Shown: one piece after another, positions 37,201-50,957 of the stretch | Layout of the letters: the number at the start of each line of letters is the position of its first letter | Numbering within the stretch: position 1 is the stretch's first letter | Assembly (NCBI RefSeq): GCF_030684315.1 | Contig: NC_081369.1 | Span: forward strand, 548,828-612,688 | DNA length: 63,861 bases | Direction of reading: 5' to 3' | Origin: Stegostoma tigrinum | Taxonomy: Eukaryota | Program-made: the position numbers and the translations under genes | Notes under the pieces: generated by a model | What the model was told of the DNA's origin: nothing | Seen by the model: only the letters and a program-made list of their open reading frames with translations | Databases searched by the model: none

Positions 37201-38029
37201 TTCAGGATACAGGGTCTTCAGGTGAGACATGGCAGGAGATAAAAGCAGGAGATTTCACAATATTGATCAGGGAATCTATTACAGCAGTAAGGAGGGATTA
37301 AATCTTCGAAGGTCCTCAAATGAAACTGTATGGGTAGAACTTAAATGCCAAGAAGAGGAACAATCACATTGCTGGGAGTGTGCTATAGGCTTTCTAATAT
37401 TCCGAGAGAAATAGAAGAGGAGATATATCAGCAAATTTCAGCAAGTGTTGAAAGTACTAAGGGAGTGGTATTAGGGGATTTCAACTTCCCCAACATTAAC
37501 TGGATTAGCCATTGTGTGAATGGTTTGGAGAGAGCGAAATTCTTAAAATGCATCCAGGACACGTTTTGAAACCAGAACATAGAACACCCTATAAGAGAGG
37601 AGGCAATCCTGGACTTAATTAACTTTAGGTAATGAAGCTGGGCAAGTGGTTGAATTACCAGTGAAGAAACATTTGCTGACAGCAATCATAACTCCTTTAA
37701 ACTCAAAATGGGAAAGGATATGGATAGCCCTGAATTAAAAATTCTTTACTAGGGAAAGAATGATTTTAATATAATTAAATATGATTTAGCCAGAATGAAG
37801 TGGGAGCTTTCAAGTAAATCTGTCTCAGGACAGTGGGATGCATTTAAGAAGGAAATGGAGAGTACAACATGTTCCAATAAAGAAAAATAGTGGGAATATC
37901 AAATACAGTGAACCCTGGATTTTGAGGAATAGACAACATTAGATTAAAAGAAAAACAAAGGCTTCTGGCTGGTCCCAAGGGCTCAAAGCAGAAGAAGCCC
38001 TAGAGGAGTATAGAATGTGTAAGAGGGAA

Positions 38030-38372
38030 TCATCATAGAATCCCTTCAGTGTGGAAAGACGCCACTCAGCCCAACAAGTCCACACCACCTCTTCAAACAG
38101 CATCCTATCCAGGCCCATTCCCCTATAACCCTACATTTCCCATGGCTAATCCAACCAATTTACAGAACTCAGACACTATGGGCAATTTAGCATGGCTGAT
38201 CCACCTCACCCACACATATTTGAACAATGTGAGGAAACCAGAGCACCTATAGGAAATCCACACAGACACAGGGAGAATGTGCCCACTCCACACAGTCAGT
38301 TACCTGAGGGCAGAATTGAACCTAGGTCCCTGGCCCAGCAGCAGTGCTACCCACTGAGCCACCATGCCACCT
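38030..38372 (-). mobile_element. HE1-like SINE
   Basis: Reverse complement of the SINE consensus. Confidence 0.85.
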
Positions 38373-41300
38373 TAAACTCAAAAGGGAACCCCAAAGGAAG
38401 ACTAGGAGAGCTAAAAAGGGACATTAAATGATACTGGCAGGTAAAATGAAGGAAAGTTGTGACCTGTTTTACAAGTACTGGCAGTCCCCAGATTGCTAGT
38501 TCCATTCTCAAATGAACAATTTGATTTGTACACAAGTCAGAACATATTGCAGGGCAGTGTAAGAGAGCAGGTTGAAAAGCTAAGGAGACATTTGTATGTT
38601 GGGTCTTTAAAATTATATTCCTGTACAGGATTGTGTTTGTAAGTACAATCATTTGTAAGTTGGATGTTTGTAAACCTCCGTTCATTAAGGTTAAACGATA
38701 ACGAGGGAAAGAGTATGGTCCTTGAAGGAGCACAGTGGTAATTTGTGCATGGACTCAGAGGATAGAGGTAGGATTCCAGATGAATATCTTATGCCAGTGT
38801 TCACTAGTGAGAGGGATGATATGAGGAAAGGAGGTCTGTGACACAATTAAAGAGATCAGCGTAGACAGAGAGGAAGTTCTGAGTAGTCTAACAAGCTGAA
38901 AAGTAGATAAACTGCCAGGGCTGGATGAAATGAATGAGGCAAATGGATGAGACCAAACCCCCTCAAAGTATATTGAAGAAATAGGCTACACCCTAACTTT
39001 TAATTTTATTTAAAGACCAGCGTAAGACTCTGTGTTCTGGATATAATTTGATTGGACTACTACGAGGCTTTAAGCAAAGCACACGTTATTCTTACAACGC
39101 AGTTAAAACACAAACAAAAAGAGAAGAATTGGTATAACTCAATTGAAATACTTAATAAAACAACATATTGTTCAACCACAAATCATCAACTGTTCCAAAA
39201 TAGCAGCATCCCATAAACACACATTGTTCGCAGATAAAGGGACGTCTGATAAGTGGGATACTTTCAAAAGTGTGATAACGAGAGTTCAGAGTTATTATGT
39301 TTCTGTTAGACTGAAAGGCAAGGCTAGTAGAAATCGAGAACACTGGATGAATAAAGATATTGTGGTTCTAGTCAAGAATAAAAAAGAACATATATCCACT
39401 GGGTTCTATTGAATCTCATGAATAGCATAAAGAATATAAGGCATTCTGAAGAGGGATATCAGGAAGGCAAGGAGAGGAAACGAGATAGCCTTGGCAAAAA
39501 TGTTTAAGGATAATCTAGTGATTCTCCAAGTGCATTCAGAGCAAGAGAGCAACTAGAAAGAGAGTAGGGCCCCCTAAAGATTGAAGATGTTGGCTTTGTG
39601 TTGAACCTCAGGAGATGGAAGAGCTATCAAATAAATATTTTGCATCATTTTTTGCTGTGGATAAAGAAATGGCGGCTAGAGAACGCAGGGAAATACATTT
39701 TGATGTTTTGAAAACAGTTCACATTACAGAAGAGGAAGTACTGGAGGTCTTGGAAACATTAGGGTCAATAAATCTCTGAGACCTAATGTAGTGTATCCCA
39801 GGATTTTGTCAGGAGTTAGGGATGAATTGTGGTGCCCCTTGCAGAAATAATTGTATCATCTGTAACTATGGGTGAGATGCCAGATAGTGGGTAATGTTGT
39901 GTCTTGTTTAAGAAGGAATGTAAGGAGAAGCCTGGGTACTATATACCTGCAAGCCTGACTTAAGTAGGCACTAAGTTGTTGGAAGTGATTCTGAAAGATA
40001 GAATTTATATGCGTGTGGAGAGGCAAGGAATGATCAGTGATAGTATGGTTTTGTGCGAGGAAAATCATGTCTCACAAACTTGATTATTTTGAGTAAGTGA
40101 CCAAGAAGATTGATGATGGCAGAATGATAGATATTGTTTATTTGGACTTTAATAAATGCTTTAACAAGGTTCTGCATGATAGACTAATTAATAAAGTTAG
40201 ATCACATGGGATTCAGGGTGAGTTTACCAATTGGCTTAGCGGCAGGAGACAGAGTGGTGGCAGAACATTGTTTTTCAGACTGCAGGCCTGTGACTAGTGA
40301 CGTTCCACAGGCATTTGTCCTGTTCCACTTTTGTTTGTCATTTATACTAATGATTTGGATGAGAATAAAGAAGGCATGATAAACAAGTTTGTGGACAGTG
40401 CTAAAATTGGTGGTATAGTGGACAGTGAACGAAGAAATCTTGATTAATTGGGTCAATGGGCAGAAGAGTGGCAGATGGAGTTTAATTCGGATAAATGCAT
40501 TTTGGTAAAACGAACAAATGTAAGATTTATATGCTTAAAAGTAGGGCCTTGGCTCATGTTATAGAACCAGTACTGATTGCTCTGTTATAGGAAGGATATT
40601 ATTAAGCTGGCAAGGTTTAAAAAATGATTCACCAGGATGTTGCTGGGAATGGAGGGTTTGAGTTACAAGGAGACACTGGATAGGCTGGGACATTTTTCAC
40701 TGGAGCATGGAAGATTGAGGGGTGACTTTATAGAGGTTTATAAAATCATGAGAAGTATAGCAGATGCCTTTTCCCTCGGATGGTGGGGGGGGGGGTGGTT
40801 TCAAGACTAGAAGACATACTTTTAAAGTGAGAGCAGAAAGATTTCAAAAAGTCATGAGGGGCAATTTTTTTTACACAGAGTGACTTGAGGAAGTGGTGGG
40901 TCAGCTACAGATACAACTACGGCATTAAAAAGACATTTGGATTAGTACATGAATAAGAAATGTTTGGAGGGATATAGGCTAAGTGCAGTTAGGTCATTCT
41001 ACTTTAGTTTGGGATTATGGTTGGCATGGACTGGTGAGACCAAAGGTCCTCTTTCTGTGCCGTATGACTAGACTTTATGACTGAATGAAGAGAGGCTGGA
41101 TAAGCTCGGGTTATTTCCTTTAGGGCAGAGAAGTTTGAGTGGGGAACAGATAGACGAGTGTTAGATTATAAGGGGCATGGACAAGCTGAATATAAAACAG
41201 CTGTTCTTCTTAGTTCAAAGGTCATTAACAAGGGGACATCATTGTTAAGTAAAAGGTTTCGAAGACCTTTGCGGAAAAGTCTTTTCACCCAGAGGGTGGT

Positions 41301-42361
41301 GGGGATCTGGAATCTGGAATGTACTGCCTGGGGCAGTTGTTAAGGAGGGTAACCACACTTGGATGAGTGCTTGCAATGTTGAAACATTTAAGGCCATGGA
41401 CCTACTGCAGGAATGTGGGACTGATGTAGATTTAGCGTACTTTTGACAGTACAGCTCAATGGCCAAAAGGGCCTCAACTGTCATGTATGATTCTATGATT
41501 CTATGAACTTCAAGATTGATCAGATATCAATTAATTTCCCACAATTCCACATCCAGCTCAACACTCCAATGGCTGATCTCTGACATCGACATCACTCTGG
41601 ACAATCAGAAGCATGGTGTGCCCTTCTTGGTAACTTTTTTTTGTATATTTTACCACAAAATGCAGTATTTCCCACTCCTTTGATTGTTCTGGGACATTTG
41701 GTAATTAGCTTAAAGCCAAGCAGTGGCATCGCTTTGGAATGGATCCCATTCTCACATTCAGGTGTTGCCTGTGAGAAAGCCAGTTTGGGTTAAAATGCGT
41801 ATCAAACACAAGTGCAGGCTGAATATCGGCAGTATTCCTTCCAGACCTTATTTGTGGACAACCTTAGCATCACAAAGGCCCACCATATTTAAGAAGACAT
41901 TGACTTGGAAGCTGTGTTACTTTGAATTGAGGCTTGAGTCTGTTCTGTACTTGGGGAACTGCCTATGCCAACAGTTCGAACCAATCCTCCAAAAGCAGCA
42001 GGGGTTTACAAAACAATCAGAAACTGGCCTGCTGTTTCTCCTGGGCATGGGTCACTGTCTCAGTTTGTAAAAGTCACACCCACATGGTCGTCCCAAGTCA
42101 TCTTCAGAAAACACTCTTGATGCTAGAAGTGTGTCTGTTAGAGAGCAGGCGGAATTGCTCACACGTGGCATCATAGTGAGTTTCATTAATTATTGTTACT
42201 TACACTGAGGGATACAACAGTGAACATTGTGGCCTAGAACTAGCCTAAATACACAGTTAACTATACTGTGTGTCTACAAAGCTCAAGAATACAACAAGGA
42301 CTATTTGCATATAACCACCCTGTCACTGTAACCTTGGCCGCAGGATTTCAATAGAACAGTG

Positions 42362-42650
42362 TGGCAGGGTGGCACAGTGGCTAGCACCTCTACCTCCCAG
42401 CAGCAGGGACCTGGGTTCAATTCCACCCTCAGTCTGTGTGGAGTTTGTACATTTTTCCTCTGCCTGTGTGGGTTTCCACTCAGTGCTCTGGTTTCCAGTC
42501 CAAAGATGTGCAAGTTAGGTGGATTGGCCAGGGCAACATAAGGTCACAGAGGAAGGGTAGGTGGATGAGTCTGGGTGGAATGCTGTTTGGAAGGTCAGTA
42601 TGGGCTTGTTGGACTGAATGGCCTGTTTTCATACTGTAGGGATACTATGG
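42362..42650 (+). mobile_element. HE1-like SINE
   Basis: tRNA head and core. Confidence 0.82.
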
Positions 42651-44229
42651 CATCAAGCAGCGAAAATCTGATGCTGGCCTTTGGCTACACAGACACATAA
42701 GCTCCTCTGTACTGTGATTTGGCCATACACATACTGCCAAACAAATCTTCGTTTCAATCCTCACCCTATCTCCTGATTTTGGTTCTGCATTCAGCTGTGG
42801 CTGAGACTCCATGTTGCATGGGTGAAGGGAGGGTCTGGCTCAATCCTGAGCTGGTGAAACCTGTGAAAGAATGAGTGAGATCATCAGCAAAGGAACAGAA
42901 TCACTGTTCTTGTAATGGAAGTAAGGCAGCAGCAAGATAGGCAGCAACTCCCAAAGACAGCAAGGGGAGAAATGACCAATCGGATAATATAAAAATAAAA
43001 TATATCATCAGACAATATGTGTGCACAGATCATTGAAGGTGGCAGGAGAGGTGGAGAGAACAGTTAATAAAGTGAACACTGTTCTCCACTTTATTACAAT
43101 GGGCATGGAGTGCAAGAGCAAGGGGATAATGTTGAAATTGTACAAGACACTGGTTAGACTGCAATTGTAGTCGTGTGAAAAGTTGTCAAATCTTGACTCT
43201 CTGCAGTGCAAATAGGGGCCATACAACCCATCGAGTCTGCACCACGGGATCACAGATGTATCAATTTCCATTGCCTTAGCCTGCAGGGATACAACTTGTA
43301 TTGATTTATTGTTGTCTCATATACTGAAATTCAGTGAAAAGTGTTGTTTTGCATGCAATATAGGCAGACCACATCATGCACAGTGCATCACAATAGCAGA
43401 ACAGAGTGCAGAATATAGTGTCACAGCCTCAGAGAAGGTGCAGAGAGAGAGATCATGAACATTTGAGAGGCCCATTCAAGAGTCTGATAACCAAAGGGAA
43501 TAAAGGCATTCTTGGCTCTGTTCATACATATATACAAACATTTACATCTTCTGCCTGCTGGAAGAAGGTGGAAGAAAGTATAACTGGGATGGGAGGGGTC
43601 TTTGTTACGTTGATTTGCTTTCCCAAGGCAGTGGGAACAGTAGATGGAGTCAATGGTTGAAAAGCTGGTTTGTGTGATGTTTGACTGGGATGTGTTCATG
43701 ACCCAGGGCGACAAGCAGGAAAGTGAGATTAGTGTAGGCAACCATTTGTTGATATGATGGACTGAAAGGCCTCCTTCTGTGCTGTAAATGACTTGGTCTA
43801 TGAGTCTATCCCACAGGGTCACTGTGCGATATCTAACCCAGTCATAGAACTCACAGTCCCAATACCCTCCAACCAAACCAAGAATATCCTGCTTTTATAC
43901 AATACCTTATTGAAGGAAAATGTCTGAAGCCCTTCCCAGAGGTTAATAAAACAAAATATGCCACTGAGCCACATCAGATGGTACTGGGATATTTGCTCAG
44001 AGCTGGGTCAGATATTCATGTTCAAAACAGTCCTTAAAGGGGCTCCAGGGAAGGGCCGCAGTGATTTGGGAGTCACCCAGGATCACAAGGTGGTGTTAGT
44101 AGCAGCCTCTGAGCTAGGGCTTTAGACAGAACAAGAAAATGGCCCAGAGATGGCACCAAAACTTGATCAGAATCATCTTGTGAGACCAAGGCCACAGGAG
44201 TTCCAGTTCAACCTCGGAGGGTCATGAAG

Positions 44230-46140
44230 TGGAAGAATGAAGTCAGTGCCTGGGGATCAGATGGAAACTATAAACAAAGGCTTCAGTTTTCTGGTTATTG
44301 AATTGAAGAATGTTTCTGCTTATCTGGGACTGGATACCAGATAAGCCTCTGCCCAACAGCCTTGAAAATGGAATGGAGAGTGTGACAGTAAGGATGAGCT
44401 GGGGTTATCATTGAACATGTGAAGCTAAGACTGCCATTGGAAGATATCATTGTGAGAGAGTGTCAGAGAGAAACAGGAGGGTCCAGGGATACCAGAGGGA
44501 CAGTACAGGAGCCATTGCCAGTGATTGTCTGCAATGAGACAGACAGGAATGAAAGCAGGAGGCAGCAGTCCCATCCAGCTGGGCAACTTTGAACAGGGAT
44601 TGGAGGAGAATGGGATGGCCACTGCATGTGGCTGCAGACAAGTCAAGAAGGTCATAGACAGAAAATCATGGAATGGTGGAGCACACTTCAGACTCATAGA
44701 ATCCCTACAGCCTGGAAGCAAGCCATTCGGCCCATAACGTTCATTGCAACCCTCTGAAGAGCATCCACCCCAGATCCACACCCCTCACCCTATCCTTGTA
44801 ACCTTGCAATTCTGATGACTAAACCAACTACCCTGCACATCCCTGGACACTACAGGGCAATTTATCATTGCCAGTGCCCCTAACTTGCATACTTGGAGTT
44901 TGAGAGGAAACTAGAACACCTGGAGAAAATCCATGCAGACATGGGGGAGAATGTGCAGGCACCGCACAGAGAGTCGCTTGAGGTTCAAATTGAATGCTTG
45001 TCACTGATGCTGTGAGGCAGCAGTGCTGAACATTGAGCCACTGTGCTGCAGTAGTAACTTGATTGAATGGTCTCTTCCTGCTTCTGAATCATACTCACAG
45101 TCAGCAAGCATGTGAGTTGTAACTTTCATAAATTTGTGACTTGTCCCATGACAGAGGTGGAAATCTGTTTGGAGGGGTTCTTCCATGGAATTCTGAGAAA
45201 TATGAGAACAGTCTTGAGAGGAGACCACATTCTAAGACCAAGAACAGGACTGAGAAGATAGGACAGGAGATCGTAAGTGTGAAGTCAAAGCTTAATTTTT
45301 GAGAAGGGGGTCATGACAGCAATTTTAAAGGGGAGAGTGACAATACCTTAAGACAGAGTCACAAACAATTTATGGGCATCAAGGGGGGAAGTTAATTGGG
45401 AATATAATTGAAGATCATAAGCAAAGGTTAAGATTGTAGAGGGGCGATGAAGGAGAAACATGAGGAAGAAACAAATTGGGATCAAGCACTGGGCTGATTT
45501 TATGTCGATCTGGTCAGATAGTGGAAGAGAGAGACATGGTAAAGGCAGTTTATTGGATTGTCTCTATCTTATTGATAAATCCATGAGTCCTTCCCAATTT
45601 GGACGGCACTGTGGCTCAGTGGTTAGCACTGCAGCCTCACAGCGCCGGGGACCTGGGTTCGATTCCAGCCTTGGGCGACTGTCTGTGCGGAGTTTGCACA
45701 TTCTCCCCGTGTCTGCATGGGTTTCCTCCCACAGTCCAAAGATATGTAGGCGAGGTGTACCGGCCATGCTAAATTGCCTGTAGTGTTCAGGGGTGTGTGG
45801 TTTATAGGGGGATGGGTCTGGGTGTGATGCTGAAAGGGGTGGAGTGGACCTATTGGGCCAAAGGACCTGTTTCCACACTGTAGGGAATCTAATCGTTGTT
45901 AGAGATGTGGTGGTAGAAGATGGGAGAGTTTTAATGGAGACAATTTCAAGATTTTTTTAAAGAGATAGTCATACTCATGGTATTGTACCTGACAAACAAT
46001 AACCCAGACACCACCATTGCCAATCCTGGACATGTCCAGGCCGACTAGCGGGGCAGCACAGTTATATATAATCAGGAGGAAGTTGCTCTGGGAGTCCTCC
46101 ATATTGAGGCCCCATGAGATTTCCTGTCTTCAGGTTAAAT
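44230..46140 (-). mobile_element. Ancient L2-like remnant with two HE1-like SINEs (44692-45048 -, 45600-45895 +)
   Basis: Decayed RT-like sequence (e.g. ggagggtccagggatacc, SGIPGPS); SINEs match the consensus. Confidence 0.5.
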
Positions 46141-46171
46141 GTAGGAAGGAAACCATATGCTGATTACCAAA

Positions 46172-47309
46172 CCCTAACCCACATCTGCTCCCAGGATGAG
46201 GCATTCTACTCCCGCACATCCCAGATGTCCGCATTCTTCAAGGACCGCAACTTCCGCCCCCGCAGTGGTGGAGAACCCCCTCGACCTTGTCTCCCGCATT
46301 TCCTGCAACACATCCCTCACACCCCGCTCCTGCCACAACCGCGCAAAGAAAATCTCCCTAGTCTTCACATACCACCCCACCAACTTCCGGACACAACACA
46401 TCAACCTCTGACACTTCCGCCATCTACAATCCGACCCCACCACCCAAGATATTTTTCCTTCCCCACCCTTGTCTGCCTTCCAGAGAGACCACTCTCTCTA
46501 TGACTCCCTTGTTGGCTCCACACTCCCCTCCAACCCCACCACACTCGGCACCTTCCCCTGCAACCACAGGAAGTGCTACATTTGCCCCTACACCTCCTCC
46601 CTCACCCCTATCCCAGGCCCCAAGATGACTTTCCATATCAAGCAGATGTTCACCTGCACATCTGCCAATGTGGTATACTGTATCCACTGTACCTGTTGTG
46701 GCTTCCTCTACATTGGGGAAACCAAGCAGAGGCTTGGGGACCGCTTTGCAGAACACCTCCGCTCGGTTCGCAATAAACAACTGCACCTCCCAGTCGCGAA
46801 CCATTTTAACTCTCCCTCCCATTCCATAGACGACATGTCCTTCCTGGGCCTCCTGCGGTGCCACAGTGATGGCACCCGAAGGTTGCAGGAACAGCAACTC
46901 ATATTCTGCTTGGGAACCCTGCAGCCCTATGGACTTCATAAGCTTCAAAATCTCCCTCCCCCCACTGCATCCCAAAACCAGCCGAGCCTGTCCCCACCTC
47001 CCTAACCTGTTCTTCCTCTCATCTATCCCCTCTACCCACCTCAAGCTGCACCTCCATTACCCACCTACTAACCTCATCCTGCCTCCTTGACCTGTCTGTC
47101 CTCCCCGGATTGAGCGATCCCCTTCCTACCTCCCCACCTATACTCTCCTCTATCCATCTTCGGTCCGACTCCCCCCTTTCCCTATTTATTTCAGAACCCT
47201 CTCCCCACCCCCCTTTTCTGATGAAGGGTCTAGGTCCGAAACGTCAGCTTTTGTGCTCCTGAGATGCTGCTGGGCCTGCTGTGTTCATCCAGCTTCGCAC
47301 TTTGTTATC
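46172..47309 (+). mobile_element. 5'-truncated Penelope element: GIY-YIG endonuclease and terminal repeat, perfect 13-bp TSD
   Basis: FTCTSANVVYCIHCTCCGFLYIGETKQRLGDRFAEH; TSD GCTGATTACCAAA at 46159-46171 and 47310-47322. Confidence 0.93.
47218..47247 (+). ncRNA. Minimal hammerhead ribozyme in the Penelope terminal repeat
   Basis: CUGAUGA-AGGGUCUAGGUCC-GAAAC-GUC, sense to the element ORF. Confidence 0.7.
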
Positions 47310-47374
47310 GCTGATTACCAAATGTTGCCCTCCCTCACCTGATGGATCAGCCCTCCTCCATGTTAAACAGTATT

Positions 47375-48765
47375 GGTGGTCGGTAAGTTATTGGAGGTGA
47401 TTCTGAAAGATAGGTTTTACATGCATTCGGAGATGCGAAGAATGATTAAGTACAGTCAATATGGTTTTGTGCGAGGGAACCTGGGTCTCCCTGTTGGCGT
47501 TTTTTGAGAAAGTAACCAAAAAAGATTAATGAGGCCAGAGCAGTAGATGTTGTTTACTTGGACTTTAGTAAAACCTTTGACAAGTTTCCACGTGGTTGAC
47601 TAATGAGTAAAGTTAGATCAGTTGGAATTCAGCATCATCTTGCTGATTGGAGGCAAACTGTTTTATGGTTGGAAGCAATGTGTGGTGGAGAAAGAGCGAT
47701 AAAAAGCTGTAGAGCTGGATGAACACAGCAGACCAAGCAGCATCAGAGGAACAGGAAGGCTGACGTTTTGGGCCTAGACCCTTTTTCAGAAATGGAAGAA
47801 GGTTGTTTTTTGGCCTGGAGGCCTTTGACCAGCAGTTTTCCAAGGATCGGTACTAGATCCAAATTTGTTTGTCATCGATAGAAATGATTTGGATGAGAAT
47901 AAAGGAGGCATGGTTAATGCATACTGTTATCTAAGATTACAGAGATTTGAAGTTATTGGGTCAACAGGCTGAGGAGTGACATTTGGAGTTTAATTTGGAT
48001 AAATGCAAGGTATTGTATTTTGGTAAAACGAACAAGGGCAGGATCTATACAATTAATGATCATGGCCCTGGGTAGTGTTTTGGAAAAGAGAGACCTGGAG
48101 GTTCAGGTACATAATTTTTTGAAATTTGTGACACAAGTAGACAGGTTGGTTGAGAAGGTGTTTATTGCTCAGACCTTTGAGTATAGAGTTAGGACAAGTT
48201 GCATGGAACACTCACAAAACCTCTTCTGGAGTACTGTGTGCACTTCTGGTCACCCTGTTATAGGAAGGGTAACATTAAAACGGGGGGCGTTCAGGAAAGA
48301 TTTACCAGATTGTTGCTGGGAATGGAAGGCTGGAGTTACGAGGAGAGGCTTGATAAGCTTGAAAGCTTTTCACTGGAGCATTGGAGATTGAGGAGTGACT
48401 TTATAGAGGTTTTTAAAATCATGAGTGGCATACATAAGGTGAATAGCAAAGGTCTTTTCCCTAAAGTGGGGGAGTTCAAAACTAACAGGCACATTTTTCA
48501 GGAGAGAGGAGAAAGATTTATAAAGGAAATGATGTGCAACATTTTTATGCCGAGAGTGGTTAGTGTGTGGAATGAACTGTCAGAGGAAGTGGTGGATGCA
48601 GATACAGTTACAACGTTTAAAAGGCATTTGGATTAGGACATTATTAGGAAATTTTTGGAGGGATATGGACCAAGAACAGGCAGGTGGGATTGGTTTAGTT
48701 TGGGAATATGGTCAGCATGGACTGGCTGGATTGAAGGCCCTGTTTCCATGCTGTATGACGCTATG
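47375..48765 (+). mobile_element. CR1 RT/3' fragment with a Penelope terminal piece (~47697-47793)
   Basis: KPLLEYCVHFWSPCYRK ORF. Confidence 0.85.
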
Positions 48766-49155
48766 ACATAATAACAGTTGGAGGAAGCCCTGAAAGTGGC
48801 AATGGCACAAGATGTACTCTGGGTAGAGCATTTCAATATCCACTACCAACAATGGTTCGAATTGGCCAAGTCCTAAAGGACATATCTGCAATACTGAGTC
48901 TGCAGCACAAGAGGGAAAATCATACTTGACTTCATCCCTACCAGTCTGCTGACTGCAAATTCGTATCGATCCTTGGCAGTATCGGTAAAAGTGAACACTG
49001 CACAACTTTTGTGGAGATAAAGTCCTGCCTTCACATTCAGAATAACCCACATTGTGTTGTGTGGCACTAGCTTTGTGCTAAGTGGGACAGACTTTGAACA
49101 GATGTGAACTCAAGAGGAGGCTTTAGTCCTTAGTTCTCAGTCCTCAGTCCTTTTT

Positions 49156-49633
49156 CAGGTGTTAGTGAGAGAGGTGGTATCAGGCACAGAGTTTAAGTAA
49201 AAGATCAAAGGGTCACACCACTGATCAGGATGTATCAGAAAAGCCTGAGATGCTGTTAAATATTTAATCAGTTAGAAGGTTTAATTGATTGGTATGTTTC
49301 TGTGAATCCCCGGAGTCACTGTCCTGAGAGAACTAGAGGTTTTATCAATGTAATTTTAATATGTAAATTTACATATTAATCAATTAAAACCTTCTAACTG
49401 ATTAAAGATTTGACAGCATCTGGGGTTTGTTTAATACATCCTGATCAGTGGTGGGACCCTTTGATATTTTACTTATAAATTCTGTGTCTGATACCACCTC
49501 TCTCAGTAACACCTCAAGAAGGACTGACACTGCGAAAGCTTGTGTTTTCAAACTGACTTGTTGGACTATAACCTGGAGTTGTGTGATTTCTGACCTTATC
49601 CAACCCAGTCAACGTCGGCACCTTCACATCATG
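49156..49633. mobile_element. Poseidon-like Penelope inverted terminal repeat
   Basis: Inverted arms at ~49156-49296 and ~49372-49515, followed by ttggactataacctgg terminal motif. Confidence 0.7.
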
Positions 49634-49859
49634 TAAGGAAATCTCACAGTTCACGCAGCAGATCCGAGTACGATCAGCTGTGTCAATCTTCGTGATTTAA
49701 CATGGAGTTGTAATTTCTCTGGATTAGGATTGCTGCAAATTGTTGGGGAATAATTTGAAATTTTGTCTTGTTTGATATTTTATGTTCTTTTTACTGGAGC
49801 TCTCTATCTAAAATACCTAATTTTTTTGTATTTTGTGCAATAAATTTCTGTTGTTGAAG

Positions 49860-50117
49860 AACAACAAGTCCACACCGCCCCTTGGAGCATCCCACCCAGA
49901 CCCATCCCACTATAACCCACACACCCCTGAACACTACAGGCAATTTAGCATGGCCGGTACACCTCGCCTACACATCTTTGGACTGTGGGAGGAAACCCAC
50001 GCAGACACGGGGAGAATGTGCAAACTACGCACAGACAATTACCTGAGGCTGGAATCAAGCCCGGGTCCCTGGCGCTGTGAGGCTGCAGTGCTAGCCACTG
50101 AGCCACCATGCCGCCCG
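49860..50117 (-). mobile_element. HE1-like SINE
   Basis: Reverse complement of consensus; same internal deletion subtype as 45600. Confidence 0.88.
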
Positions 50118-50951
50118 TTAGGATGGCATAGGAGCAGGAATAGACCATTCAGCCCCTCAACCTGTTCCAACATTCAATTACATCATGGTTGATCAAAAGC
50201 CTAACTCCATTTATCTTCCTTTGGCTCATGAGACTTAGCACTTTTGCCTAACAAAAAGATTTTTCTACCTCAGATTTAAAATTAACAACTGATCCAGCAT
50301 CCACTGCTGTTTATTGAAGAGAGTTCAAAACATCTATCAGTCTTTGTGTGTAGAAGTGCTTTCTAACAGCTCTCATGAATGACCTGGCCCTAATTCTCAG
50401 ACTATGGCTCCTAGTTCTAGAATCCCCAACCAGCGTAAATAGTTGATATTTATCTATCCTGTCTTTTCCTGTTAATATCTTAAAAACCTCTATCAGATAA
50501 TCCTTTGACCTCCTCAGTTGTGGATGAAATTGCTTAATTTGTATGACATTTCCACATAAATTCACCCCTGAAGTCAAGGTATCATTCTTATGAGCCTCCG
50601 CTGTCGTCTCTCCAAGGCCACTGTATTCTGCCGAAAGAGTGGTGCCCAGACCTGCCCAAGTCTGGCAAAACCAGGGTATTCCCACAACTTGGGCCAAATT
50701 GTCTGATTCCATGCACTAAATACGATGTAAATGTGATGTAAATATATTGAAATAATATCAGAAAATGTGTAAATGCGCACATGCCATTCTGACGTTGTCT
50801 TAATCTCTGAATGGACAGTGACCAATGGAAGGTGAAGGTGAAAACTGGTGGGAAATTCTAACCAGTTTCTCTTGTACAGAAAACTGAAAGCCAAAAAATG
50901 AAGATGTTTAGAAACAGGAAAACCAGAGGGAAGCTATCTTTGGAAGCACCC

Positions 50952-50957
50952 TTTATT
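50952..50957 (-). terminator. Candidate poly(A) signal of chemokine B
   Basis: First AATAAA (- strand) I found after the stop, about 790 nt downstream. Confidence 0.4.

Larger units (their letters stand above)
34620..41085 (+). mobile_element. Nested decayed CR1 cluster (ORF1-like region, endonuclease, RT, 3' end) with inserted Rex1, SINE and other fragments
   Basis: DIIATTEAWL, VVLGDFNFPNINW and IVYLDFNKCFNKV motifs with many stops. Confidence 0.75.

Noticed and set aside
46172-46180. Telomere-like CCCTAACCC at the Penelope 5' junction
   Set aside because: Only 1.5 units in C-rich context; not distinguishable from chance.
50717-50774. Four ATTTA motifs on the - strand as a chemokine AU-rich element
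   Set aside because: They lie beyond the candidate poly(A) signal at 50952 and are not shared with copy A.
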